A stretch of DNA of 61,888 nt, taken from positions 1 to 61,888 of IMG/VR virus record IMGVR_UViG_3300045243_000060; one strand, given 5' to 3'. Under the pieces are notes generated by a model that saw only the letters and a program-made list of their open reading frames with translations, searched no databases and was not told where the DNA came from. Made by a program: the position numbers and the translations under genes. This stretch comes from a virus (Duplodnaviria; Caudoviricetes). This document shows positions 36,767-47,400 of the stretch, piece by piece. The number at the start of each line of letters is the position of its first letter. The stretch's first letter is position 1.

Positions 36767-37243
36767 ATGGCATTCGCGACCGTACCAGACATCGCCAACC
36801 GGCTCGGCCGGGAGTTGACGGACTCGGAGCAAGCGTATGCGACGGACGCGCTGATCACCGCTGCGAGCATCATCGGCGAGGCAGCGGGCAAGGACGACGC
36901 CTGGGCCGACGCTCTGGACCCGGTACCTCGCGTCCTCCGCGAGCTAAGCATTGACATGGTCGTCCGCGCCGGACAGAACCCGGAAGGGCTACAGTCAACG
37001 ACGGAGACGCTCGGACAGTACAGTGTCACGGAGCGGTTCAACGTCGGGGACTCCGCCGGTCCGGGTACGTTGTTCCTCAGCGACGAGGAAAGCCGGATGT
37101 GTCGCCGGGTCATCAACGGTCCGGGTAGCAGCACGGCGCTGCTACCGGGTCTGATTGATGCCATCCCGGAGCAACCGCTTCCTCCCCAGATGATGCCGCC
37201 GCTGATCGACACTCTGTCTGGGGCGGATGACTCCGACTGTTAG
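36767..37243 (+). CDS. Head-to-tail adaptor
   Basis: FATVPDIANRLGRELT...NPEG..STTETLGQYS...LFLSDEE. Confidence 0.75.
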   Translation: MAFATVPDIANRLGRELTDSEQAYATDALITAASIIGEAAGKDDAWADALDPVPRVLRELSIDMVVRAGQNPEGLQSTTETLGQYSVTERFNVGDSAGPGTLFLSDEESRMCRRVINGPGSSTALLPGLIDAIPEQPLPPQMMPPLIDTLSGADDSDC

Positions 37244-37916
37244 CATCATCGTTCCGACCCTCCGCCGTGCGCAAGGGCTAATCCCTTTTGTTGACAGCAT
37301 CCGGAGGACGTCGCCGCTCGGCGAGTACCGGATTGTGTTCGTCACCGACCCGGACGATGACCAGACGCTCGGCGTCATCCAGACGATGGTGTCGGGGCTG
37401 GACGTGGACCGGATTGACAAGGGCGGCACCTTCCCGGTCAAGGTCAACGCAGCGGTAGCGGCGACCGACACGCCGCTCATGCTGGTCTGCGGCGACGACA
37501 CCGTGTTCAAGCCGGGGTGGTACGACGCGATGATGGCGGCTCGCGGACCCGGCGTGATCGGAACAAACGACCTGACGCCGAGGACCAAGGACAAGAATCA
37601 CGCGACGGCCCAGGTGTTGGAGCGCGAGTATGTCGATGATCCGGGCGCAGCGTGGAACGAACCGGGCCACGCGTTCCACGAGGGCTACCATCACAACTAC
37701 GCCGACGACGAGCTTTGCCGGCTGGCGATCTATCGGGGCGAGTTTGTCTTTGCGGACGACTGCGTCATTGAACACCATCACCCGATCTGGGGCACCAAGG
37801 AGTGGGATGATGTCTATGCGATTGGCGAGCGGAACGCGAAGCGCGACCGCGCGTTGTATTCGGAGCGGAGGCGAGCATGGGTGATCGGCACCCGGCGGAA
37901 GATGCGTTCACGGTAG
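37227..37916 (+). CDS. Glycosyltransferase family 2
   Basis: VSIIVPT, KVNAAV, GDD (DxD-like), YADDEL, IEHHHP. Confidence 0.8.
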   Translation: MTPTVSIIVPTLRRAQGLIPFVDSIRRTSPLGEYRIVFVTDPDDDQTLGVIQTMVSGLDVDRIDKGGTFPVKVNAAVAATDTPLMLVCGDDTVFKPGWYDAMMAARGPGVIGTNDLTPRTKDKNHATAQVLEREYVDDPGAAWNEPGHAFHEGYHHNYADDELCRLAIYRGEFVFADDCVIEHHHPIWGTKEWDDVYAIGERNAKRDRALYSERRRAWVIGTRRKMRSR

Positions 37917-38521
37917 TTGTCGGAACATTCGGCGAGGACGTCTGGCGCAAGCTCGCTGTCCGACGTGCGATCCCGTCAGCGCGTGAGCAAGGCGCTCGCG
38001 TCATTCACAAACACGCCGGCACGCTGGCGGAGGCGCGCAACGCTGGTCTGGCGGAGGTTGAGACCGAGTTCACCATCCACCTGGACGCTGACGACGCGCT
38101 CGCTCCGGGGTATCTCACAGCCATGGCGAACGGGTCCGGCGATCTGCGCCCGCCGATGGTCAAGATGCACTACAGCAACTTCAGGGCCACGGACCCGTAC
38201 TGGCCCCACGTCTATGCTCACGACGATCACGATTGCGTCGGCGACTGCCTCCGGTACGGCAACTGGATGGTCATCGGCACCGCCGTCCGGACCGAGTTGG
38301 CGCGCAGCGTCGGCGGTTGGGAGGAGTGGGGCTGGTCGGAGGACTGGGCGCTATGGGCGCGCTGTTGGCGTGCCGGCGCGACGATTGAGCGGGTACCGGA
38401 CGCGGTGTACACGGCGTACAGACGACCCGGCTCGCGCAACCGGCAGGCGAACAAGGTCACCGTCGATTGGCACCGCCAGATTGAAGCGGCCGTCTGGCCG
38501 GATGAGGCGAGCGTCCTATGA
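37877..38521 (+). CDS. Glycosyltransferase family 2
   Basis: ARNAGL, HLDADD, VGGW, EDWALW. Confidence 0.85.
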   Translation: MGDRHPAEDAFTVVVGTFGEDVWRKLAVRRAIPSAREQGARVIHKHAGTLAEARNAGLAEVETEFTIHLDADDALAPGYLTAMANGSGDLRPPMVKMHYSNFRATDPYWPHVYAHDDHDCVGDCLRYGNWMVIGTAVRTELARSVGGWEEWGWSEDWALWARCWRAGATIERVPDAVYTAYRRPGSRNRQANKVTVDWHRQIEAAVWPDEASVL

Positions 38522-38742
38522 TGGCCGACGAGGGCGAGCGACTTGCCCGGATGGAAGAGAGGCAACGTAACATGGAGTACGACATACGTGAGATCAGAGC
38601 GGACATCAAGAGCATCGAGGCGTCGGCCAACGCGAGGGTCGCGGGGCTATCGCGACCGGAGAAGATCGCGCTATGGGCCAGCGGCTCGGCGGTCGTCGGG
38701 GCGATCCTCGGCATCGTGACGCTATTGAGCGGAGGTCACTGA
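38518..38742 (+). CDS. Small membrane protein (coiled coil plus C-terminal TM, XhlA-like)
   Basis: ERLARMEE coiled coil, terminal hydrophobic helix. Confidence 0.55.
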   Translation: MMADEGERLARMEERQRNMEYDIREIRADIKSIEASANARVAGLSRPEKIALWASGSAVVGAILGIVTLLSGGH

Positions 38743-39179
38743 TGGAGGGCCGCAAACGGAGCATGTTTGACAACTGGGTGGAGAAGATCTTTCGCGACTG
38801 GAAGGTGCCGATGGCGATGACGGCGGCTCTGGTGTTCGTCGCGCTGTTCCTGAGCGTGTTCCTGTACGTCCGGGCGCTCAATCAGGCGAGCGACATCCGC
38901 GACTCGCAAGTGGAGACCTGCCAGACGGTCGCGGCGAAGATCGAGAACATCATCACCACGCTGTCGGAGCGCCAGCTGCGGCGGGCGGAGGCGGCCATTG
39001 CCGTCAGTCGCGCGCTCCGCACGGAGCTTCGCGGGCTGTCCATCGGCCCGCTGCCGCCGGACCTGATCATTGCTATGCACAACTCGGTCGAGGCGGCCAA
39101 GGCGCAGCTTGCCGACAAGTCGATCATCGAGGACCTGCGTGATCTGCCGCCGTGCGCCGAAAGGTTCCCGGCGCCGTGA
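38742..39179 (+). CDS. Membrane-anchored coiled-coil protein
   Basis: N-terminal TM helix, two Cys flanking a helical ectodomain. Confidence 0.55.
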   Translation: MEGRKRSMFDNWVEKIFRDWKVPMAMTAALVFVALFLSVFLYVRALNQASDIRDSQVETCQTVAAKIENIITTLSERQLRRAEAAIAVSRALRTELRGLSIGPLPPDLIIAMHNSVEAAKAQLADKSIIEDLRDLPPCAERFPAP

Positions 39180-39787
39180 TCGTCGTCAGCACCCATCTGG
39201 ATGACGCCGTCTGGAGCGCAGCGGGGCTGTGTGAAGGCTCAACCGTCGTCACCATCTGCGCCGGGGTACCTCCGGAGGGTGCGGCGCCGAGTACGTTCGA
39301 CGTAGCGAGCGGGTTCGAGACTGGCGCCGACGCCATGCTCCAGAGGCGCGTAGAAGATCGCTACGCCGCGCGCCTGCTTAGGGCCACCCCGCTACACTGC
39401 GACGTGTTAGACGGCGCGTACGGGCGCGAGAACGGCGCGGTGTGCGAGGCGGTCGAGAAGGCGTTGTTCAGCGTCCGGAGTGAGGAGGTCGCCGGACCGC
39501 TCGGCATCGGCCACCCGGACCACCGCGAGGTAGCGTCGGCGTTCATCGGCATCAGCCGCGAGCGCGGGTTGGACGCCTGGCTGTACGCGGACCTGCCGTA
39601 CACCCGGATGGCGGAGCACCAGCATGAGTTCAGGGCGAAGCTCAGCGAGCTTGGCATCACCCGGTCGCGGGGCAACCGCATCCCGGAGGAGTTGAAGCGG
39701 GCAGCGGTGACGGCGTACAAGTCGCAGATACGACCGAGTACCCATCTGCGTGAGATCCTCGGTAGCGAGTTGTACCTGAAGCTATGA
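39176..39787 (+). CDS. PIG-L/LmbE-family deacetylase
   Basis: STHLDDA, RRVED, HPDH, YADLPY, YKSQ. Confidence 0.8.
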   Translation: MIVVSTHLDDAVWSAAGLCEGSTVVTICAGVPPEGAAPSTFDVASGFETGADAMLQRRVEDRYAARLLRATPLHCDVLDGAYGRENGAVCEAVEKALFSVRSEEVAGPLGIGHPDHREVASAFIGISRERGLDAWLYADLPYTRMAEHQHEFRAKLSELGITRSRGNRIPEELKRAAVTAYKSQIRPSTHLREILGSELYLKL

Positions 39788-40344
39788 GCGACGAGACCAT
39801 CTACACGGACCCGGAGTTGTATGAGCGGCAGCGGTTGCCGGACAACTACTACATGCGGACCCTGAACGAGATCATCGTCAAGTACGACGTGAAGACGGCG
39901 CTGGACTTGGGGTGCGGACTCGGCGTAGACGTAGCGATGATGTTGGAGGCGGACTTGGACGTGTACGGGGTAGACGGCGCGGAGTTGCTGCGCGAGGCGG
40001 TGTTGTTCCCTCCGGAGCGGTACATCGTCCGCGACCTGACGCACAACCTGTCGCTGTCGGCCGATCTGATCTGGTGCCGCGAGGTAGCGGAGCACATCGA
40101 ACCGCGACACGCATCGACGCTGGTGACCAACATCACCAACTCGGCCGCCAAGGTGATCTACTTCACGGCAGCCCATCCGGGCCAGGTCGGACACCGGCAT
40201 GTGAACCTCCGCCCACGGAAGTATTGGACCCGGCGGTTCAACAACCGGGGCTGGCGCGTGGACACGGAGCTAACCGAGTTGAACCGCGAGCACCCCAACG
40301 AGGACGACCGGCTGAACGGAATGGTGCTATGCCCCGTGACGTAG
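39784..40344 (+). CDS. Class I SAM-dependent methyltransferase
   Basis: LDLGCGLG, GVD, EVAEH, AHPGQ.G..HVN. Confidence 0.85.
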   Translation: MSDETIYTDPELYERQRLPDNYYMRTLNEIIVKYDVKTALDLGCGLGVDVAMMLEADLDVYGVDGAELLREAVLFPPERYIVRDLTHNLSLSADLIWCREVAEHIEPRHASTLVTNITNSAAKVIYFTAAHPGQVGHRHVNLRPRKYWTRRFNNRGWRVDTELTELNREHPNEDDRLNGMVLCPVT

Positions 40345-41087
40345 TTGCCATCACCCTCGTCAAGGACGAGGCGGACATCATCGAGCGGACGATCACCTGG
40401 ATGGCGGGCCAGGTGGACTGCGTCATCGCCATCGACAACGGTTCGACGGACGGCACGCGCGAGCTTCTCGAGGACTTGCCCTGTTGGGTCGGCGACGACC
40501 CGGACCCGGCCCACTGGCAGGCGCGGAAGATCACAGCCCTGGCGCGCGAGGTTGGCGGAGGGTTCATCGTGCCGTTCGACGCGGATGAGATTTGGTACGC
40601 GACGGACCGCGACCTGACCGTGGCGGACGCGATCAGGGCGAACCCACGCGGATGGATATGGACGGCGGAGTTGATCACTCACGTTCCGACCGATCATCCG
40701 GGGGACCATCCGTTCGACAGGCTCGCGTACCGGCAGCGGACCGCAAGCCCGCTGTCCAAGGTCGCTGCGCGTTGGGCGGAGAACATGACCTTCACGGAGG
40801 GCGCTCACTCGGTCCATTACGACGGCGAGTATCCATCGACGCTCAACTACAAGTTGGAGATACGGCACTTCCCCTATCGGTCGCCGAGTCAGTTCATCAG
40901 CAAGGCGCTGAACGGGTACCGAGGGCGGATGCTCACGACGCTGCCGGACGACATCAGCCCGCACCTGCGACAGTTCGGAGCGATCCACGCGGAGGGCGGC
41001 GACGAGGCGCTCCAAGACTTCTACTGGACCAACTTGTACAAGGAGACGTCGGACCCGGAGTTGATCAAGGACCCATGCCCCGCGTAG
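40329..41087 (+). CDS. Glycosyltransferase (Glyco_tranf_2_4-like)
   Basis: VKDEADII, DNGSTDGT, FDADE, IRHFPYRS. Confidence 0.8.
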   Translation: MPRDVVAITLVKDEADIIERTITWMAGQVDCVIAIDNGSTDGTRELLEDLPCWVGDDPDPAHWQARKITALAREVGGGFIVPFDADEIWYATDRDLTVADAIRANPRGWIWTAELITHVPTDHPGDHPFDRLAYRQRTASPLSKVAARWAENMTFTEGAHSVHYDGEYPSTLNYKLEIRHFPYRSPSQFISKALNGYRGRMLTTLPDDISPHLRQFGAIHAEGGDEALQDFYWTNLYKETSDPELIKDPCPA

Positions 41088-41746
41088 TCATCCCCTGGAG
41101 CGCCAACAACGGCCCGGAGCGGAGGCGGGCGCTGCGTTGGATCGTGAAGCAGTATGAGCGTTGGCACCCGGACTGGTCCATCGACATCCGGACCGGCGAC
41201 GAGGGCGAGTGGCGCAAGGGTGCCATCGTCAACGCCGGCATCGCCGACGCTCCACCCGGAGTCGTCATCGTCGCGGACGCGGATTGCTGGACGACGGGCT
41301 TGGCCCGGTCGGTGATGGCTGTGACCTGCGGCGCAGCGGAGTGGGCCATTCCTCACTTCAACGTCTATCGGCTGTCGCCCAAGGGCACCGAGGTACTGAT
41401 AGCCAGCGGAGTGTTCAAGGCGGAGGACGCGGCTCGGAAGTATGAGGGGCTTGCTGGCGGAGGGTTCGTCGTCGCGGAGCGGCAGACGCTGTTGGATGTA
41501 CCGATGGATGAGCGGTTCGTCGGATGGGGCCAGGAGGACGAGTCGTGGGGCTTTGCTCTAAGGACGCTAGCGGGCAGCCCGGAGCGCGGACAGGCCAACC
41601 TACTGCACCTGTGGCATCCGTCCCCGGAGCGACAGGATAGGCGCGTAGGGAACCCGGACGGATGGCGCCTGATGAAGAGCTACGGTATGCTTGCCAAGGC
41701 GAACGACGCGGACGGCATGAAGGAGCTAGTAAGTGGCGCTCATTGA
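41075..41746 (+). CDS. Glycosyltransferase (GT2/GT7 galactosyltransferase-like)
   Basis: VVIPW, ADAD, DERFVGWGQED, HLWH. Confidence 0.8.
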   Translation: MPRVVIPWSANNGPERRRALRWIVKQYERWHPDWSIDIRTGDEGEWRKGAIVNAGIADAPPGVVIVADADCWTTGLARSVMAVTCGAAEWAIPHFNVYRLSPKGTEVLIASGVFKAEDAARKYEGLAGGGFVVAERQTLLDVPMDERFVGWGQEDESWGFALRTLAGSPERGQANLLHLWHPSPERQDRRVGNPDGWRLMKSYGMLAKANDADGMKELVSGAH

Positions 41747-42110
41747 TCACCTGACCAAGACCGCGACCCTCATCCAGCGCGACGGGTCCGGCGAGGTAGA
41801 CGAGCTTGGCAACGAGATCAAGGTGCCAACAGCGATCACCGTCCACTGCGAGGTACAGCAACAACAGCGGGAGGAGCCGGTAGCAGCGGGCGAGGCGAGC
41901 ATCACGACCTGGCTCGTCATCTTCTCGCCGGGTACCGTCGTCCGGACCGGCGACGCGCTCCGGGGCGTCTTCAACGAGCGGACCGGAACGGACATGGGCG
42001 ACTTTGAGTTCGTCGGCGACTCGTGGCAAGCAGAGTCCGGCGGCGAACAGGTCTGGCACGTTGAGGCGACCGCCAAGCAGACGCGGGTGCCCGGAACGGA
42101 GGCGAGTTGA
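41733..42110 (+). CDS. Head-to-tail stopper
   Basis: DELGN, FEFVGD...HVEA; size and position. Confidence 0.65.
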   Translation: MALIDHLTKTATLIQRDGSGEVDELGNEIKVPTAITVHCEVQQQQREEPVAAGEASITTWLVIFSPGTVVRTGDALRGVFNERTGTDMGDFEFVGDSWQAESGGEQVWHVEATAKQTRVPGTEAS

Positions 42111-42307
42111 GCGCGTACGCGGACTTGGCGGAGTTGAAGGCGTCGGACGAGTACCAAGCGGCCGGGGTCATCGGGCGGGAGAACCTCGTGCGGCTCTACT
42201 TTCCGGACGAGTTTGCCACCTGGAGCAGCGACTCGCGGCAGCACCTGATGGACGTGGCATACGACGAGGAGGACGTTGGCGCTCCGATTGAGGAGGAGGA
42301 AGCATGA
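42107..42307 (+). CDS. Hypothetical protein
   Basis: Coupled ORF in the neck region. Confidence 0.45.
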   Translation: MSAYADLAELKASDEYQAAGVIGRENLVRLYFPDEFATWSSDSRQHLMDVAYDEEDVGAPIEEEEA

Positions 42308-42753
42308 GCGATCTGACGCTTGACCCGTACATGATGAAGGTCGTCAGCGACTTCCTGCGCTCCAACCTGGACGGCATCCGGGTCGTCAGCGACCCGCCAC
42401 CGGAGGACCGGCGGACCGAGGCTTGGGTTGAGGTCGTCCAACTCAACGTCGCCAGCAACACGAGCGATCCGGCAGACAGGGTCAAGGAGTACCTGATGCA
42501 GTTCAACTGCTACGCTGGCGCCGAGGGCGGCAAACCGGAGGCGGAGCGGCTGTCGCGAACGGTCTATGCGCTACTGCGAACGGACTTCCCCGGTGAGGTG
42601 TACGACGCGCCGACCGACGAGGACGACGACGTGGCTGTGAGCTACGTGTCACGCGGTACCGGCCCGATGTCTATGCCGGATAGCGATGGTTTCGAGCCAT
42701 CACGAGATCGGTTCGTGCTGGACGCGGTAATCTATGCCTACACTATCACCTGA
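42304..42753 (+). CDS. Tail terminator-like protein
   Basis: Size, position, QFNCYA...AERLS pattern. Confidence 0.6.
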   Translation: MSDLTLDPYMMKVVSDFLRSNLDGIRVVSDPPPEDRRTEAWVEVVQLNVASNTSDPADRVKEYLMQFNCYAGAEGGKPEAERLSRTVYALLRTDFPGEVYDAPTDEDDDVAVSYVSRGTGPMSMPDSDGFEPSRDRFVLDAVIYAYTIT

Positions 42754-43052
42754 TGGCCTTCTCATTCAACATGCTCAACGTCGAGGCGATTGCCAAGGGC
42801 ATCGCCGGGGAAGCAGCGTTCCAGGCGTTCGCGGGATCGACGGCCAAGGACGTCGCGGACCACGCCAAGGAGATCGCGCCGGGTGATGAGGATCAGTACA
42901 TCCGTTCGGAGGGCGACCGGGTCTTGTACCAGAACCCACGAGGCGTCTGGCACATCGTAGAGTTTGGATCGGTCAACAATCCAGCTTACAGTCCGCTGAG
43001 GCGGGCTGTGGTAGCGGCCGGGCTGCGGCTCGAGAACGCTCCCAAACCGTAA
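42753..43052 (+). CDS. HK97 gp10-like neck protein
   Basis: AKEIAP...WHIVEFGS.NNPA..PLRRA. Confidence 0.65.
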   Translation: MAFSFNMLNVEAIAKGIAGEAAFQAFAGSTAKDVADHAKEIAPGDEDQYIRSEGDRVLYQNPRGVWHIVEFGSVNNPAYSPLRRAVVAAGLRLENAPKP

Positions 43053-43121
43053 CACGATAGCGCGCCTGCGGGCCAAGCATAGACATCAACAAAGCCCTGC
43101 GGGGCGATTGGAGAAGGCGAC

Positions 43122-43706
43122 TTGGCCTTTGACTCTGAGGAGCTAGTCGTCGCGATCTCCGGCAATGTCCGGCTCGCGAACCTAGCAGACAACCCGACCA
43201 TGCCCACGAACGCAGGCGGCCCGACAGCGACCCTGTCGGACTTCTCGGACCTGGGCTACACGACCGAGGACGGCGTCACCTTCACGGCGACTCCGACCGT
43301 GGACGACATCATGGCCTGGCAGAAGGCGACGCCGGTTCGTCGTCTGGTGACTGCCAGGCAGCTCACCGCTGCGTTCCAACTGGAGCAGTGGAATCAGGAC
43401 AACTTCGCGCTCGCCTTTGGCGGCGGGGAGTGGTCCGAACCGGCAGCTGGGGTCTTCCGGTACGACCCGCCAGCGGACACCGCTGCCCTCGCGGACTATG
43501 CCCTGGTCATCGACTTTGTCGATGGCGACCGGCATTGCCGCATCGTCGTCTACCGTGGCAACGTCACGGAGGCGGTCGAGACCACCCTGGTCCGGACCGG
43601 CATCGCCGTCCTGCCCATCACGTTCGGCGCGCTGTCGCCGGACAACAAGGACCGCAGCTGGTACTTCGTCGGCGACGACGAGCTTGCTTTCGGGAACTTC
43701 TCCTGA
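43122..43706 (+). CDS. Major tail protein
   Basis: DLGYTTEDGVT, DIMAWQ, ALVIDFVDG. Confidence 0.85.
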   Translation: MAFDSEELVVAISGNVRLANLADNPTMPTNAGGPTATLSDFSDLGYTTEDGVTFTATPTVDDIMAWQKATPVRRLVTARQLTAAFQLEQWNQDNFALAFGGGEWSEPAAGVFRYDPPADTAALADYALVIDFVDGDRHCRIVVYRGNVTEAVETTLVRTGIAVLPITFGALSPDNKDRSWYFVGDDELAFGNFS

Positions 43707-44086
43707 TGGCAACCGCCAGCAAGGCAAAGGCTGCCGCGCCAAGCAACGGCGCGGCGGCCAACGCCGCCCAAGAGGAAGGCTCCGATCAGGAGCACATCAT
43801 CGAGTGGATGGGGCTGGAGATCGTTCTGCCCCCAAAGCTCCGCGAGTCGGTCATCTGGAGGTTCGGCATCCTCCGCGACAACGACTTCCAGGGGCAGGCT
43901 CGTCTCATCGAGTCGGTCATCGGCGCCGAGCAGTTCGCGAAGGTGCTGGACCATCTCGATGAGGAGGACGTCTACGCGGACCCGGAAAACGAGGACAGCA
44001 AGTCGCCGATGGCGGAGCTAATCGACGACGCGCTCGGAGCGTACGGGTTGATCACGGGGGAATCTGGAGCCTCAACGGACTCCTAG
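43706..44086 (+). CDS. Tail assembly chaperone (G)
   Basis: Between major tail and TMP; slippery GGGGGAA near the 3' end. Confidence 0.8.
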   Translation: MATASKAKAAAPSNGAAANAAQEEGSDQEHIIEWMGLEIVLPPKLRESVIWRFGILRDNDFQGQARLIESVIGAEQFAKVLDHLDEEDVYADPENEDSKSPMAELIDDALGAYGLITGESGASTDS

Positions 44087-44487
44087 CAGACCGATGGAAT
44101 CTGCTTGAGGCTTCCTTCCAACAGTTCTATGGCATCAACCTCGCAGACGAGTGGGGCAAGCTCGGCGTCCGACGCATCTGGGCGCTGGTCCAAGGGCTGC
44201 CCGCTGAGGCACCGTTGTGGCGCGAGGAGTACGACGATGCTCAGTCGTGGACGAACGCGAACGAGTTGGCAGCGATCCAATGCGAGCTTACGGATGCGTG
44301 GAGCCGACTCATCTTCACCGCGCTCGGAGGTAAGCCCAAGGGCAAGCCTCTCACGATCCAACGACCGGAACACTTCACAGCCAAGGCGGCTGCGGAGTCG
44401 GAACAACGTACCCGGAACAAAGTGACATCGCTGTCTGACATGTCGGCGCTGGCATCGTTCTTTGGACGGACGGGTGAGGTGCTCTAG
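44056..44487 (+). CDS. Tail assembly chaperone -1 frameshift extension (T)
   Basis: GGGGGAA at 44056-44062; -1 frame open: GIWSL...LEASFQQFYGINL...LVQGLP...RP. Confidence 0.8.
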   Translation, partial: GGIWSLNGLLADRWNLLEASFQQFYGINLADEWGKLGVRRIWALVQGLPAEAPLWREEYDDAQSWTNANELAAIQCELTDAWSRLIFTALGGKPKGKPLTIQRPEHFTAKAAAESEQRTRNKVTSLSDMSALASFFGRTGEVL

Positions 44488-44490
44488 CTC

Positions 44491-47400
44491 GTGGCACTGA
44501 CCAAGGTCGGCACCGGCTATGTAGACATCATCGGCAACTTCGCTCCGCTGATGAAGCAGGCGAAGTCCTCAACGCTGCGGTCGCGACTCGCTGCCGTCGG
44601 AAAGGTCGGCGCGGTCGCGGTCGCTGCGATTGGCGTTGCGGCTGTGAAGAGCGCAGCCGAGTTTCAACACTCCATGCAGCAGATCAGTACCCAGGCGGGC
44701 GCGAGCAAGTCGGAGGTCAACAAGCTCAGCGGCGCCGTACTAGACCTGTCGCGCAAGTCCACCTTCTCGCCGAACGATCTAGCCAACGCTCTGTTCCACA
44801 TCGAGTCGGCTGGACAGCACGGCGCCAAGGCGATGAAGACCCTCAACGCGGCGCAAAAGCTCGCGACGGTCGGCCAGTCCGACCTAGAGTCCACGACGTA
44901 CGCGTTGGTGTCCGCCATCGAGACCGGCATCAAGGGCACCGGCAACCTTGACAAGACCATCGGTACTCTGAACGCGACGGTCGGCCACGGCGACCTGCGG
45001 ATGGAGGACCTGACGTCGGCGCTGTCTACCGGCATCCTGCCCTCCGCAAAGGCGGCCGGACTCAGCCTACACGACGTGGGCGCTGCGCTGGACGTCATGA
45101 CCGCTCGCGGCGTTCCGGCGCAGCAGGCAGCTACCCGCCTGCGAATGACCTTCTCGCTGCTAGGGGCGCAGACGGATAAGGCCAAGGCTGCTCTCGAGAC
45201 CATCGGTATCAAGCAAGGGCAGCTGGGCGAGATGATGCAGCACAAGGGGCTGGTGCCGTCCGTCCAGTTGCTCGCGGACCACCTCAAGGAAGCGGGCGAT
45301 AAGGCGCAGCAGTTCCAGTTGATCAATGACGCGTTCGGTGGCGGCCGTACGTCGTCCGGCATCCTGACCCTGATCCAGAACGTCGGCGACCTGAAGACGA
45401 GGTATGACGAGGTTGGCAAGACGGCGGGCGACTTCAACGAGAAGCTCAAGGAGGCTCGCGCCGACCCAATCAATCAGCTACACAACGCGCTGGCGAACGT
45501 CGATGCGATGCTCATCACCCTTGGCACCGACGCGGCGCCGGCATTGGCGGGCGCGCTACAGGACGTCACCAAGGTCGTCACCGATCCACACATGGGCTTC
45601 GCGGAGAAGATCACCAAGCTGTCCGACATGATCGCAGGCGCCGTCGCGAACGCTGGGCCAAAGGTCGCGGAGGCAGCGGTGAAGATCGGCGCGACGGCGA
45701 CGAGCGGATTCATCAAGGGCTTCATCGACGCGGACCCGCTCGGCAAGCTCGCCATCAGCGCGGCGCTCATCAAGCTGTTTGCACCGGCCGGCACCTTCAG
45801 GCGGATGGGTGCATCGATGGGCAACACCATCGGCAAGGCGATACCTCCGGCAATCAGCAAGGAGGTCACGAGTCCGGCAGCGGTGAAGAGCACCAGCACC
45901 GCGATCCAGAAGTCCGTTGGGGCCAAGGTCGCTGCGACGACGGCGGCCCAGACGTTCGGCGGGCGCTTCACCCAGACGCTCCAGACGAGCATCGGCAAGG
46001 CGCGCGGCGCGATGTCGAGTTACTTCGCTGGTGTCGGCAATCGGATGGGCGGCGCGATGATGATCGCGTTGGGCGGGCAGATCGCGGCGTCGGTGCTACC
46101 GGGCGGACGGATCTCTCAGGACATCAGCGACTTCAGTTCGTCGGCGGCGCTCGGATTCCTCATCAAGAGGGGATGGGGCGCGCTCGGCGGCGTAGCAATC
46201 CAAGGGTTCGCTGAGGGCATTAGCAGTGCGATCAACGGACGTGACATCGCCGGTGAGAGCGGGGTCGCGACGGGCCTGCGGGACTTCTACTCAAGCCTGC
46301 CGATAGTCGGCGGCCCGTTCGCTCAGCTAGCGGGCGGCGACTCGGCCGACATATTCAAGAAGCAGTTCGCCGATCAGATGAAGACCGGACTCGCTCACGG
46401 CGGCACCGCGCTGACGGAGGTCTTGGGCGGCGAGGGTCTGGGCCAGGTGGATATCAAGACAGCGGCAGCGATCACGCGCAAGGCCAAGTTCATGGCCCAC
46501 GACACCTGGGTCGCGTTCCACCGCGCGACAGCGGACGAGAACTTTGGTGACGTCTGGCAGGGCATGACGCCGGACGAGAAGAAGCTAGGTCGGCAGGTCA
46601 ACGCGGCGGCCAACGTAGCGGCTCGGCTCGCGGCGAAGCAGGGCGTGGTCATTCCGGGCAACATGTTCACGGTCGATCCCAAGACGTCCGAGAAGCTCGG
46701 TCGCCAGCTGAACGCAGCCCTGGTGAAGCTCCGGTCCGGCGTGCTCGTGAACATGTCGGACATCAAGCACGTGTTCAGCGACGCGCTGAAGACCATCGAC
46801 CAACTCTTCCCCAATCACGGCAAGCGGTGGCGCGAGGCCACAGCCCAGTCGATGCGGGCTATGGCGGAGGCAATCGGTCGGGGCATGAAGTCCGGCGCCA
46901 TTCCGGAGACCAAGGCGAATCTGCAGAAGGTACAGCAGCTGATCCATGACGCCGATCTGCGCGACCCGTCCGCTCACTTCGCTGCCGGGTTCGGCAAGTC
47001 GCTCGCTGCCGGAATGAAGAACGGCAGGAACATCACCAAGGACGGCGTGTCCAACGTGTTGAAGGAACTCGGCAAGATGCCGGACGGCGCGCGCCAGATC
47101 GCGGTCAAGACGCTGCTAGGCCAGGTGAAGGAAACGGCCCAGGGCAACAAGAAGCTGATGGGCGAGTACCGCGACTTGCGCTCCAACATCTTTGGTACGT
47201 TCGATGACATCGGGCTAGGGTCGCAGAAGAAGGCAGCGTTCATGGCGGGCGGCATGGCCAACATTTGGAAGTCGATGGTGGACGTCATATCGGGCAGCGG
47301 CGGGATGGGGACGCTCGGTAAGAACGTCAACTCGGCGCTCAAGGCGTTCGGCGTCAGCAAGAACATCAGCTTCAAGATCGCCAAGGCGGCTGTCGGGGCG

